Source: an uncultured Bacilli bacterium | GTDB lineage: Bacteria; Bacillota_I; Bacilli_A; RF39; UBA660 | Length of the DNA stretch: 64,000 nucleotides | Assembly (NCBI GenBank): GCA_947630575.1 | Contig: CANRIB010000005.1 | Coordinates: forward strand, 196-64,195 | Reading direction: 5' to 3' | In this document: one piece after another, positions 29,115 to 36,883 of the stretch | Layout: the number at the start of each line of letters is the position of its first letter | How positions within the stretch are numbered: the stretch's first letter is position 1 | The notes under the pieces: model-generated | What the model was told of the DNA's origin: nothing | The model's input: only the letters and a program-made list of their open reading frames with translations | Databases searched by the model: none | Position numbers and translations under genes: made by a program

Positions 29115-29954
29115 ATGGAAAAAAAGAATTTTAATTTAAAAAAAATATTTAAGAAATATAAATTGCCAATTATAATTGGGACAGTGGCAATAATTGTTTT
29201 AATTGCCCTTTTGGTAGTATTTTTAGTACTTAAGAAAGATGATAAAACTAATGATAATGATACTAATAATCAAGAAGCAATTAACTATGAAGAAGGCACC
29301 GAAGATTATTTTATGGATGATGTAAAAGAACCAGAAGAAACCCCTAATACTGGTAATGATTATTATGATTATATAAATATGCCTTTATCAAAAATAGATT
29401 TTAAAGAGTTAAAAAAGAAAAATAGTCAAACAGTAGCATTTTTAAAAGTTAATAATACAAATGTTAATTATCCTGTTGTTAAAGCTTCGAATAATGATTA
29501 TTATTTAACTCATGCTTATAATAAATCTTATAATAGTGCCGGTTGGGTATTTATGGATTATCGTAATAATGTTAATAATTTGGATTCAAATACTATTATA
29601 TATGGACATGGAAGTTTAAAGACGACAATGTTTGGGACTTTAAAAAATGTAGTTAAAAAAGATTGGTATACTAACCCAAGTAATATGACTATTACTTTAT
29701 TAACTGAAAATTATACTTTATATTGGAAAATATTCTCAATTTATACTGTACCGGATGAGGTTTATTATTTAATATCTAATTTTGGTTCAGACGAATCACA
29801 TCAACAATTTATTAATACAATGTTAAAGAGAAGTATTTATGATTTTGGAGAAAGTGTTAGTCTATCTGATAAAATGCTAACTTTATCTACATGCTATAAT
29901 AATCAATTAAGATTAGTTGTTCAAGCTAAGTTAGTTAAAAAAGTTGCTAGATAA
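29115..29954 (+). CDS. srtB: Class B sortase
   Basis: 279 aa with N-terminal TM, IIYGH catalytic His, TLSTC catalytic Cys and VVQAKL (Arg-position region). Layout is typical of SrtB. Confidence 0.8.
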   Translation: MEKKNFNLKKIFKKYKLPIIIGTVAIIVLIALLVVFLVLKKDDKTNDNDTNNQEAINYEEGTEDYFMDDVKEPEETPNTGNDYYDYINMPLSKIDFKELKKKNSQTVAFLKVNNTNVNYPVVKASNNDYYLTHAYNKSYNSAGWVFMDYRNNVNNLDSNTIIYGHGSLKTTMFGTLKNVVKKDWYTNPSNMTITLLTENYTLYWKIFSIYTVPDEVYYLISNFGSDESHQQFINTMLKRSIYDFGESVSLSDKMLTLSTCYNNQLRLVVQAKLVKKVAR

Positions 29955-30004
29955 TTAATATTTAATTTAAACACTAGTTTGGATAACTGGTGTTTTTATT
30001 TGTG

Positions 30005-30110
30005 AAAATTAAAAGAATAGAATATTTGGTTTATTCTATTCCTGTATTATGTTTGGGTAAAGGTAACCCAGAATCTTGTCTATTAATAATAAAGGATAAG
30101 CATAATAGAC
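30005..30110 (-). repeat. Structured ~100-nt element, copy 1 (two hairpins plus terminator hairpin)
   Basis: The ~75-nt core ctattcctgtattatgtttgggtaaaggtaacccagaatcttgtctatta...ataatagac is near-identical to 45393..45462. Minus-strand order: hairpin gtctatta/taatagac, hairpin tgggt/accca, then hairpin gaatagaat/attctattc followed by a U-run. Confidence 0.6.
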
Positions 30111-30147
30111 TGAAGTTGTCAATAAAAAGTAGACACTAAAAAAGTAA

Positions 30148-30405
30148 TTATTTAAAACGTTTTTTTAATTTAACAATTGTAAGTCCAGGATTAAATATAT
30201 CTACTTTAAAACTGTCTACTTGTTTATTTCTTTTTAATATTTCATGAACTTTGTTTTTTAATATGGTACTACTATAGCCATGAATTATACCAATATATTC
30301 ATTTTGTAATTTATAATTATCATTAATAAAATCATTTACAATAAATGTAACAGTATCTCTTGTTTCACCATGCAAATTTATGGTTGGAGATTTACTGTTG
30401 TACAT
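30148..30405 (-). CDS. Smr-domain protein
   Basis: 85 aa. INLHGETRD...IIHGYSSTILKNKVHEIL matches the Smr (MutS2 C-terminal) domain pattern. Its start overlaps the upstream PfkB gene by 14 nt. Confidence 0.7.
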   Translation of the reverse strand: MYNSKSPTINLHGETRDTVTFIVNDFINDNYKLQNEYIGIIHGYSSTILKNKVHEILKRNKQVDSFKVDIFNPGLTIVKLKKRFK

Positions 30406-31594
30406 TGTTGTTGGCCTCGATTACAGGAATCGTAGGAGTGGGATTTACTACAGGTGTTGGAGATACCGGAGTTGGGTTTGGATTTACAACGGGAGGTGTA
30501 GGATTTTGAGGATTAGAAACTGCTGGATTAGGAGTAGCACCAAAGAAAGAAGCACCTATATCATTAACATTATTAGTTGTTGTCATAGTTGGAATATTAA
30601 TATTTGCAGCATTAGGAATTTCTGGTAAAGCATCTGTGGTTGGAACTTTAACCTCTTCTTTAGGTTTTTCCTCTACTGGAGCTTTAATATTAAACTTTTG
30701 ATTATAATAATTTATTACTTCTTTAATAGATGGGATAGATGTACGACCTCCCATTTTAGTAACAGATAAACCCGCGGCGATATTCGCATAAGTAACAGCT
30801 TTTTCAATATCAAAGTTATTAGCTAGACAATATGCAAAAGCTCCATGGAAAATATCTCCAGAACAACTTGGGTCTACTTGAGTAACTTTAATACCTGGCA
30901 TAACTTTTATTTCACCATTAAAAGTATACATAGCACCCATATTTTCTAAAGTTACAATAATTTCATTATTAGGATATTTATCTTTTAATTTTTTATAAAC
31001 ATTTACTAAACTAGCAGAGTTATTATAGTCAATTTTTAAACCACTTACAGTTTCGGCAAATCCTTTAGAACACACGATATACTTAACATATTTACATAGT
31101 TCTAATAAATCCCTATCAACACGTCCAGCATCAACAATACTTATCGCATTAGGATACTTATTTAAAGCATTAATTGTGGCACTGTATTCTTTACCATCCG
31201 AAAATACAACATTAGGATTAATATTATATTCGTATTTTTTTAAATTTGGTTGGGTCGCACCAACAACATCAAAACGAGTACGAGTACCATTTTTTTTGTT
31301 GACTAAAATAATTGATAAAGGAGTTCCAGCTTCATAGGCAGTTTCTATAAATTCGGTTTTTACTAAAGCTTGTTCTAATTCTTTTTTGATTTTACTTCCA
31401 TAATCATCGGAACCAATAACACCGGCAAAATATGATTGTTCTCCCCATTTGCCTAAAAGATAAGCAACATTGGCAGCATTTCCACCGCCTGATTCGATTT
31501 TTTCATTTAATAAATACTTGGTTCCTTCAACAGGATATTCTTCAACAGGACATGTTATATCATAACTTGTTCTACCAATACTTAAGATAGTCAT
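30392..31594 (-). CDS. PfkB-family carbohydrate kinase with Pro/Thr/Asn-rich C-terminal tail
   Basis: The first ~300 aa look ribokinase-like (GGGNAANVAYLLGKWG, DPSCSGDIFHGAFAY, GGRTSIP). The last ~100 aa are low complexity (NPQNPTPPVVNPNPTPVSPTPVVNPTPTIP). Confidence 0.75.
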   Translation of the reverse strand: MTILSIGRTSYDITCPVEEYPVEGTKYLLNEKIESGGGNAANVAYLLGKWGEQSYFAGVIGSDDYGSKIKKELEQALVKTEFIETAYEAGTPLSIILVNKKNGTRTRFDVVGATQPNLKKYEYNINPNVVFSDGKEYSATINALNKYPNAISIVDAGRVDRDLLELCKYVKYIVCSKGFAETVSGLKIDYNNSASLVNVYKKLKDKYPNNEIIVTLENMGAMYTFNGEIKVMPGIKVTQVDPSCSGDIFHGAFAYCLANNFDIEKAVTYANIAAGLSVTKMGGRTSIPSIKEVINYYNQKFNIKAPVEEKPKEEVKVPTTDALPEIPNAANINIPTMTTTNNVNDIGASFFGATPNPAVSNPQNPTPPVVNPNPTPVSPTPVVNPTPTIPVIEANNNVQQ

Positions 31595-31713
31595 TTAGAC
31601 CCACCTCTTCTATTCTATAATATCATACCATATTTTGTTTCAAAAATAAATATTAATATTAAATAACGTGTCTATTTTACTCTTAAATTCCTTTTTTGAC
31701 AAGTATTTTCCTA

Positions 31714-31742
31714 TAGAAAAAAAGCTATTCAAGGATAGCTTT
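31714..31742 (-). terminator. Rho-independent terminator of alaS
   Basis: Perfect 8-bp stem aaagctat/atagcttt with a 6-nt loop, enclosing the TAG stop, followed by a U-run on the minus strand. Confidence 0.65.
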
Positions 31743-33476
31743 AATTCTTCTTACACCAGCACTGCTCGCTTCTTCTTTAATAATTTTAAATTTTCCTAAT
31801 TCGCCAGTATGTTGAACGTGAGGTCCACCACATATTTCTTTAGAAACATCTCCGATAGAATAAACATTAACTATATCGGCATATTTTTCAATAAACATAG
31901 CTTCAGCACCACTTGCTACAGCGTCTTTTTTAGACATTGTTTCCATTGTAACAGGAAGGTCTTCCATGATCCATTCATTTACTAAAGCTTCAACGCTGCG
32001 TTTTTCTTCATCAGTAAGCTTGTGGTCACAAGAGAAATCAAAACGCATTCTTTCACTAGTGATGTTACTACCCTTTTGATGAACATCTTTACTTACAATT
32101 TTCTTTAAAGCCGCATTTAAAAGATGGGTTGCAGTATGATATTTGGTTTCTATTTCACCCGATGATGCTAGACCACCTTTAAATTTACCAGCAGAAGCCG
32201 TACGAGATAATTCTTGGTGAGCCTTAAATTTTTCTTTAAAGCCCTCTATATCTACAGAAAGACCATTTTCTTTTGCCATTTCTTCAGTTAATTCAATAGG
32301 AAAACCATAAGTATCGTATAATTTAAAAGCATTATCTTTATCAATTATTTTACTATCTAAATTCTTTAAAAGTTTAGAAAATTCTTTTAAACCTTTTTCT
32401 AAGGTACGATTAAATTTAAGACCTTCATTTTTTAAAACTTCTAATACTACATTTTTATTAGTTTTGATTTCTTCATAATAATCTTCATATTTTTTAATTA
32501 TTTCTAAAGCTATTTGTTCCATAAAATTGCTGTTGGTATCTATTTCTAGTTTTTTAGCATGACGGATAGCGCGTCTAATTAATCTTCTTAAAATATAACC
32601 TTGATCGGTATTACTTGGTTTAATGCCAGCATAATCAGCACTGATAAATACCGCCGTACGAATATGATCGGCGATAATACGCATACTAATTTCATTGCCT
32701 TGATATGGTTTACCACTTATTTCTTCTATTTTGGCAATTATATCTTTCCAAATTGATGTTTCATAATTATCTGTGACACCTTCAAGGACGGCTACAACTC
32801 TTTCAAGTCCCATCCCGGTGTCAACATTTTTTTGAGGTAACTCTGTTATTTTGCCATCTTTGTCTTTATTAAATTCCATAAAAACATTATTCCAAATTTC
32901 CACCCAACGTTCATCGCTAGGATCAAATTTATCTGGAATTGGGTCTTCACTTCGGAAATAGAAAATTTCAGTATCGCCTCCACATGGTCCTGAATCACCT
33001 GCAATCCAAAAGTTATCTTCTACTCCAAGATAGGCGATACGATTATCACTAATCCCTAAAGAACGCCAAACATTGGCCGCAACTTCATCTCTTGGAATAT
33101 CCTCATTACCAGCAAAAACAGTAACGGCTAATCTTTCAACAGGTATTTTTAATACTTTAGTTAAAAATTCAAAACTATAGCCGATACTCTCTTTTTTAAA
33201 ATAATCGCCAAGACTCCAGTTTCCTAACATTTCAAAGAAAGTATGATGGGTTTTATCCCCAATACTATCTAAATCTGTTAGACGAACGCATTTTTGGTAA
33301 TCGCATAGTCTAGTTCCTTCTGGATGTTTTTTGCCCATTAAATAGGGGATTAAAGGTTGCATACCTGCAGTATTAAATAATACAGAAGGATCATTTTCCG
33401 GAATTAAAGGAGCACTAGGAATTTGAACGTGTCCTTTACTTTTAAAAAATTCAATAAATTCATTTTTTAGATTCAT
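31725..33476 (-). CDS. alaS: Alanine--tRNA ligase, short form lacking the C-Ala domain
   Basis: 583 aa with N-terminal FIEFFKSKGHVQIPSAPLIPENDPSVLFNTAGMQP and editing-domain HxxxH/CxxxH motifs (HTATHLLNAAL, CGGPHV). The ORF ends right after the editing domain. Confidence 0.85.
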   Translation of the reverse strand: MNLKNEFIEFFKSKGHVQIPSAPLIPENDPSVLFNTAGMQPLIPYLMGKKHPEGTRLCDYQKCVRLTDLDSIGDKTHHTFFEMLGNWSLGDYFKKESIGYSFEFLTKVLKIPVERLAVTVFAGNEDIPRDEVAANVWRSLGISDNRIAYLGVEDNFWIAGDSGPCGGDTEIFYFRSEDPIPDKFDPSDERWVEIWNNVFMEFNKDKDGKITELPQKNVDTGMGLERVVAVLEGVTDNYETSIWKDIIAKIEEISGKPYQGNEISMRIIADHIRTAVFISADYAGIKPSNTDQGYILRRLIRRAIRHAKKLEIDTNSNFMEQIALEIIKKYEDYYEEIKTNKNVVLEVLKNEGLKFNRTLEKGLKEFSKLLKNLDSKIIDKDNAFKLYDTYGFPIELTEEMAKENGLSVDIEGFKEKFKAHQELSRTASAGKFKGGLASSGEIETKYHTATHLLNAALKKIVSKDVHQKGSNITSERMRFDFSCDHKLTDEEKRSVEALVNEWIMEDLPVTMETMSKKDAVASGAEAMFIEKYADIVNVYSIGDVSKEICGGPHVQHTGELGKFKIIKEEASSAGVRRIKAILE

Positions 33477-33477
33477 T

Positions 33478-34005
33478 TTACTTCTCTCTTTCTAAACAAG
33501 AAATTACTTTATCACTTAAAGCATTTTTATTATCGTTGGTTATTATGAAATCAAAATTATCATAATTTTCTAAGGCTGTTTCGGTGATGTGCATTTGTTC
33601 TTTAATGCTTAGTTTGCTTGGTTCGAATTGATTAATGACATACATAGATATACAATCATTATACTTCTTTTTAAATTCTTCTATCTCTTCTGGAAGTCTT
33701 ACATCACTAATAATAACAATATCATAGTAAAGTTCATATATTTTAATATCTTCCATTAAACGATTAATAAGCATTAAAGGTAAGCCCATATTTTCACGAA
33801 TAGTTACCCCGATGTCTTGTAAAAAACGTCGTGGTTTAGGTTCTTCGCCATTCCAGTTTAAAACTTCTTGGGCATACATTTTTAAATATTTACTAAATTC
33901 GGTAATTAGCACTCTTTTACCAAAAGAAGAATAATATTCTTTAATAATATTGGCAACTTCACCTTTACCACTTCCAGATTTACCGGCCACTAAAAATATT
34001 TTCAT
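33478..34005 (-). CDS. P-loop kinase-like protein (dNMP/nucleoside kinase-like)
   Basis: 175 aa with Walker A GKSGSGKGEV at the N-terminus. Its stop lies 1 nt from the alaS start. Confidence 0.5.
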   Translation of the reverse strand: MKIFLVAGKSGSGKGEVANIIKEYYSSFGKRVLITEFSKYLKMYAQEVLNWNGEEPKPRRFLQDIGVTIRENMGLPLMLINRLMEDIKIYELYYDIVIISDVRLPEEIEEFKKKYNDCISMYVINQFEPSKLSIKEQMHITETALENYDNFDFIITNDNKNALSDKVISCLEREK

Positions 34006-34061
34006 AATATCACCTAAGGAAGATTATATCATTATTTAAAAAAAAATAGAAGACTTTATCA

Positions 34062-34087
34062 CTAAAAAAGACTATTTTTCATAGTCT
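34062..34087 (-). terminator. Rho-independent terminator of the infC-rpmI-rplT operon
   Basis: Hairpin agactat/atagtct (34069..34087) overlapping the rplT TAG, followed by a U-run on the minus strand. Confidence 0.7.
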
Positions 34088-34619
34088 ATTTAAGATTTGC
34101 AAGTAATTCGTCTTTTTTCATTGTTGAATAGCCTTTAATGCCTTGTTCTTTAGCAATATTCTTAAGTTCGGCTAAAGTCATAGCACTATAATCTGCTTTA
34201 TTTTTGTTTTGAGTATTTTTTGTTTCTTTTACTTCTTTAGTTGTAACTTTTTTAACAGTTTTGCCATTTAAAGCGGCTGTACTTGCTTCAACTAATTTAG
34301 CAAAAGCAGCAGGATCATTAATAGCCATTTCACTTAAAACTTTACGATTAATTTCAATACCTGCTTTAGATAAGCCATTCATGAATTTAGAATAACTAAT
34401 GTTATTTTCACGACATGCAGCATTAATTCTAGTTATCCATAATTTACGGAAATTTCTTTTATTGGCTTTTCTGTCGCGATAAGCATATGCTCCACTATGG
34501 AAAACTTGCTCTTGAGCTGTCTTGTATAATCTATGTTTACTACCAAAATATCCTTTGGCTTCTTTTAAAACTTTTCTTCTTCTAGTTTTAGAAACAGTTC
34601 CACCTTTAACTCTTGTCAT
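34086..34619 (-). CDS. rplT: 50S ribosomal protein L20 with C-terminal Rho-N/HeH-like extension
   Basis: The first ~118 aa are canonical L20 ([24 protein letters not shown]). A ~59-aa Lys-rich linker and [30 protein letters not shown] follow. Confidence 0.9.
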   Translation of the reverse strand: MTRVKGGTVSKTRRRKVLKEAKGYFGSKHRLYKTAQEQVFHSGAYAYRDRKANKRNFRKLWITRINAACRENNISYSKFMNGLSKAGIEINRKVLSEMAINDPAAFAKLVEASTAALNGKTVKKVTTKEVKETKNTQNKNKADYSAMTLAELKNIAKEQGIKGYSTMKKDELLANLK

Positions 34620-34630
34620 ATTCTAACCTC

Positions 34631-34825
34631 CTAGATAACAGATTTTAATCTGCTAGCTTCTCCTTTGCCTAATATTCCCTTATTTCTTCTTTGACGAACT
34701 TGTTTTGCAGAATCTTTATTTGTTTTATGGTTTCCATTACTCTTTTTGTAAGTTAAAGTTCCATTTTTTTTCTTTTTTAAAACTTTACTACTTGCTTTAT
34801 GAGTTTTTTGTTTAGTTTTTGCCAT
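34631..34825 (-). CDS. rpmI: 50S ribosomal protein L35
   Basis: 64-aa basic protein in the conserved position between infC and rplT. Confidence 0.85.
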   Translation of the reverse strand: MAKTKQKTHKASSKVLKKKKNGTLTYKKSNGNHKTNKDSAKQVRQRRNKGILGKGEASRLKSVI

Positions 34826-34844
34826 GTTCCTATATTCCTCCTAC

Positions 34845-35369
34845 TTATTTTTTGGGTGCTAATAGCATAAATATTTGACGCCCTTCTAGTTTGGGCTCAG
34901 CTTCAATTATTGAAACATCTTCTAAAGCATCAGCGAATTTTAATAATACTTCTTTACCTAATTCAGGTCGAGCCATTTGACGGCCTTTAAAACGAATAAA
35001 AGCTTTAATTTTATGGCCTTTTACTAGATATTCTTTAGCATTACGAACTCTAGTTTCGAAATCGTGAACATCAATTGTTACAGACAAGCGATATTCTTTC
35101 GTTTCTTTGTTAGTTTCTCTTTGTTTTTTTTGGGCTTCTTTTAGTTTCTTTTGTCTTTCATAACGATATTTGTTGTAATCCATAATTTTAGCAACAGCCA
35201 TATTACCATTATCGTTCATTAAAACTAAATCAAGACCAGCATATCTTGCTAAAGTTAAGGCATCTTCTAATTTTTTTTGACCCATCTGTTCTCCATTAGG
35301 TCCGATTACCATCATTTCGCTTACTTTGATTTGTTCATTAATTAAAAGTTCTTTACTCACACTTGCTAT
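34845..35369 (-). CDS. infC: Translation initiation factor IF-3 (probable AUA start)
   Basis: IF-3 motifs INEQIKVSEMMVIGPNGEQMG. GGAGGTG (35378..35384) sits inside the track ORF, 8 nt upstream of ATA at 35369. The TTG at 35390 has no SD. Confidence 0.85.
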   Translation of the reverse strand: MASVSKELLINEQIKVSEMMVIGPNGEQMGQKKLEDALTLARYAGLDLVLMNDNGNMAVAKIMDYNKYRYERQKKLKEAQKKQRETNKETKEYRLSVTIDVHDFETRVRNAKEYLVKGHKIKAFIRFKGRQMARPELGKEVLLKFADALEDVSIIEAEPKLEGRQIFMLLAPKK

Positions 35370-35390
35370 TTTAAATGCACCTCCATACAA

Positions 35391-35507
35391 TTAAAAAGGT
35401 AGAATATTATATTCCACCTAAAAAACCTGTTTAGTTATTATTTTGGCTTTTTACCTATGAACATAATCCATCAGGTGGAATTTAATTCGCTTTCCTTTTT
35501 TTATTTC
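35391..35507 (-). promoter_or_regulatory. infC leader with terminator/antiterminator (L20-leader-like attenuator)
   Basis: Terminator AGGUGGAAU-AUAAU-AUUCUACCU plus U-run (plus-strand 35392..35419). The upstream segment AUUCCACCU (plus-strand 35473..35481) is perfectly complementary to the terminator 5' arm. Confidence 0.6.
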
Positions 35508-35513
35508 TCAATT

Positions 35514-35542
35514 ATTATAAAATATTATATGCTGGTTGTCAA
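35514..35542 (-). promoter_or_regulatory. Consensus sigma-A promoter of the infC operon
   Basis: Minus strand TTGACA (35537..35542), 17 nt, TATAAT (35514..35519). Confidence 0.7.
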
Positions 35543-35603
35543 GTATTTTTTACTAAGTATATATGCTCATCATTAATGGTTTTTATTTAATTTAAAAAAA
35601 GGT

Positions 35604-36038
35604 TTAATTAAGCCTTTCTTTAACTAGTTTACTTACTAAAGACATATCAGCGTTTGTAATTTTAGCATTTAGTTCTTTCATAACTTTGCCCATGTCTTTC
35701 ATACTAGTTGGATTTACTATATTAAATACTTCATCAATAACTTTGATAATTTCTTCTTCAGACATTTCGGCCGGTAAATAAGTATTTAAAATGGCAATTT
35801 CTTTTTCAAGTTTTGTAACTTCATCATTTTTATTATATTTTTGAAATTCTTCCATGGAGTCTTTGCGAATTTTAACTTGTTTTTTAATTACGGCCATGAT
35901 TTTATCATCAGTTAAATCTTCTCTTTGATTTATTTTTTCTAATTGTAAAGCACTTTTAAGCATTCTTAGAACGGATAATTTAAATTTATCGCCACTTTTC
36001 ATGGCTTCTTTTAAATCATTTGCTATTTTTTCATTCAT
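35604..36038 (-). CDS. yqeY: GatB/YqeY-domain protein
   Basis: 144 aa. LKEAMKSGDKFKLSVLRMLKSAL is typical of YqeY, and it sits downstream of rpsU as in Bacillus. Confidence 0.8.
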   Translation of the reverse strand: MNEKIANDLKEAMKSGDKFKLSVLRMLKSALQLEKINQREDLTDDKIMAVIKKQVKIRKDSMEEFQKYNKNDEVTKLEKEIAILNTYLPAEMSEEEIIKVIDEVFNIVNPTSMKDMGKVMKELNAKITNADMSLVSKLVKERLN

Positions 36039-36049
36039 AATATTCTTCC

Positions 36050-36238
36050 TTAATAATTATTTCTATGTTTTTTGGCGTTTCTTATTTGTTCTTTCTTTTC
36101 ATTTCTTCTACGAACGCCTGGTTTTTCGTAATGCTTTCTTTTTTTTAGCTCAGAAGGGACACCGCTTCGGGCAACTTTGGATTTAAATTTTTTTAATGCT
36201 CCATCAACGTCTCCATTTTTTACTACTACTTTAGTCAT
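36050..36238 (-). CDS. rpsU: 30S ribosomal protein S21
   Basis: 62-aa basic protein (KHYEKPGVRRRNEKKEQIRNAKK). Confidence 0.85.
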   Translation of the reverse strand: MTKVVVKNGDVDGALKKFKSKVARSGVPSELKKRKHYEKPGVRRRNEKKEQIRNAKKHRNNY

Positions 36239-36314
36239 TTACAAAATCCCTCCCTTCATTTACTAATGTATAGTATATCACCATTATTTTTTAATATCAA
36301 GTAATTTAAGTCCT

Positions 36315-36527
36315 TTATTCGGACTTTTTCGTGTTTTCTTCGTCTTCGATAACTTTTTTAGATAGATGGTAGCTAGCCAATTCTTCTTTAATATCAGTTT
36401 TAAGAGTGTTTAAAAAACTTTTTTTGTAGTTATTAATCATTAAGACAGATAACATCATAATTATAAATATTAAGAAAAATGAATATACCATATACATAGA
36501 GGCAAAACCTTTTTTCATACTATTCAC
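36315..36527 (-). CDS. Small single-pass membrane protein
   Basis: 70 aa with one TM (VYSFFLIFIIMMLSVLMI) and an acidic tail. Lies immediately downstream of the bacteriocin-peptide terminator. An immunity role is speculation only. Confidence 0.45.
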   Translation of the reverse strand: MNSMKKGFASMYMVYSFFLIFIIMMLSVLMINNYKKSFLNTLKTDIKEELASYHLSKKVIEDEENTKKSE

Positions 36528-36542
36528 CTATTTAATTGTATC

Positions 36543-36572
36543 AAAAAAAGGGTTAAATTTAAACCCTTTTCT
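36543..36572 (-). terminator. Rho-independent terminator after the bacteriocin peptide genes
   Basis: Minus strand AAAAGGGTTTAAATTTAACCCTTTTTTTGA directly after the peptide-3 stop. Confidence 0.75.
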
Positions 36573-36731
36573 TTAATTTGGATAACAATAGTTTTTAGTT
36601 TTGGCACGTCTAATAGATGAACCTATATCTTTGCCAAAGTCAATGATGGTAGTAAATACACGAATTACTGCAGTTATGAAAGCAGCGTTTACACCACCTT
36701 CGATAGTTAATAATTCATTATTACTTAGCAT
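36573..36731 (-). CDS. Double-glycine leader bacteriocin-like precursor, peptide 3 (52 aa)
   Basis: MLSNNELLTIEGG|VNAAFITAVIRVFTTIIDFGKDIGSSIRRAKTKNYCYPN. Translated by hand; the start follows the peptide-2 stop by 2 nt. Not in the ORF track. Confidence 0.7.
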   Translation of the reverse strand: MLSNNELLTIEGGVNAAFITAVIRVFTTIIDFGKDIGSSIRRAKTKNYCYPN

Positions 36732-36733
36732 AA

Positions 36734-36883
36734 TTAATTACATTTATTAGGGTGAATATAGCCATAAATTACGGAAGCTATAAATACTCCAGCCGCGGCT
36801 ACTCCTAATAATCCCATCTTTAAAACTGCTGATAATGCTCCACCATTTACTTTTACTAAAGTGCTCTTTTCTAATATATCCAT
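36734..36883 (-). CDS. Double-glycine leader bacteriocin-like precursor, peptide 2 (49 aa)
   Basis: MDILEKSTLVKVNGG|ALSAVLKMGLLGVAAAGVFIASVIYGYIHPNKCN with GxxxG-like glycine spacing. The ATG overlaps the peptide-1 stop (TAATG) and is preceded by AAGGTGG. Confidence 0.7.
   Translation of the reverse strand: MDILEKSTLVKVNGGALSAVLKMGLLGVAAAGVFIASVIYGYIHPNKCN

Noticed and set aside
30380-30628. 82-aa plus-strand ORF rich in Arg/Trp/Cys.
   Set aside because: It is the antisense reading of the Pro/Thr-rich tail of the PfkB kinase gene (CCN/ACN codons read backwards). No start context.
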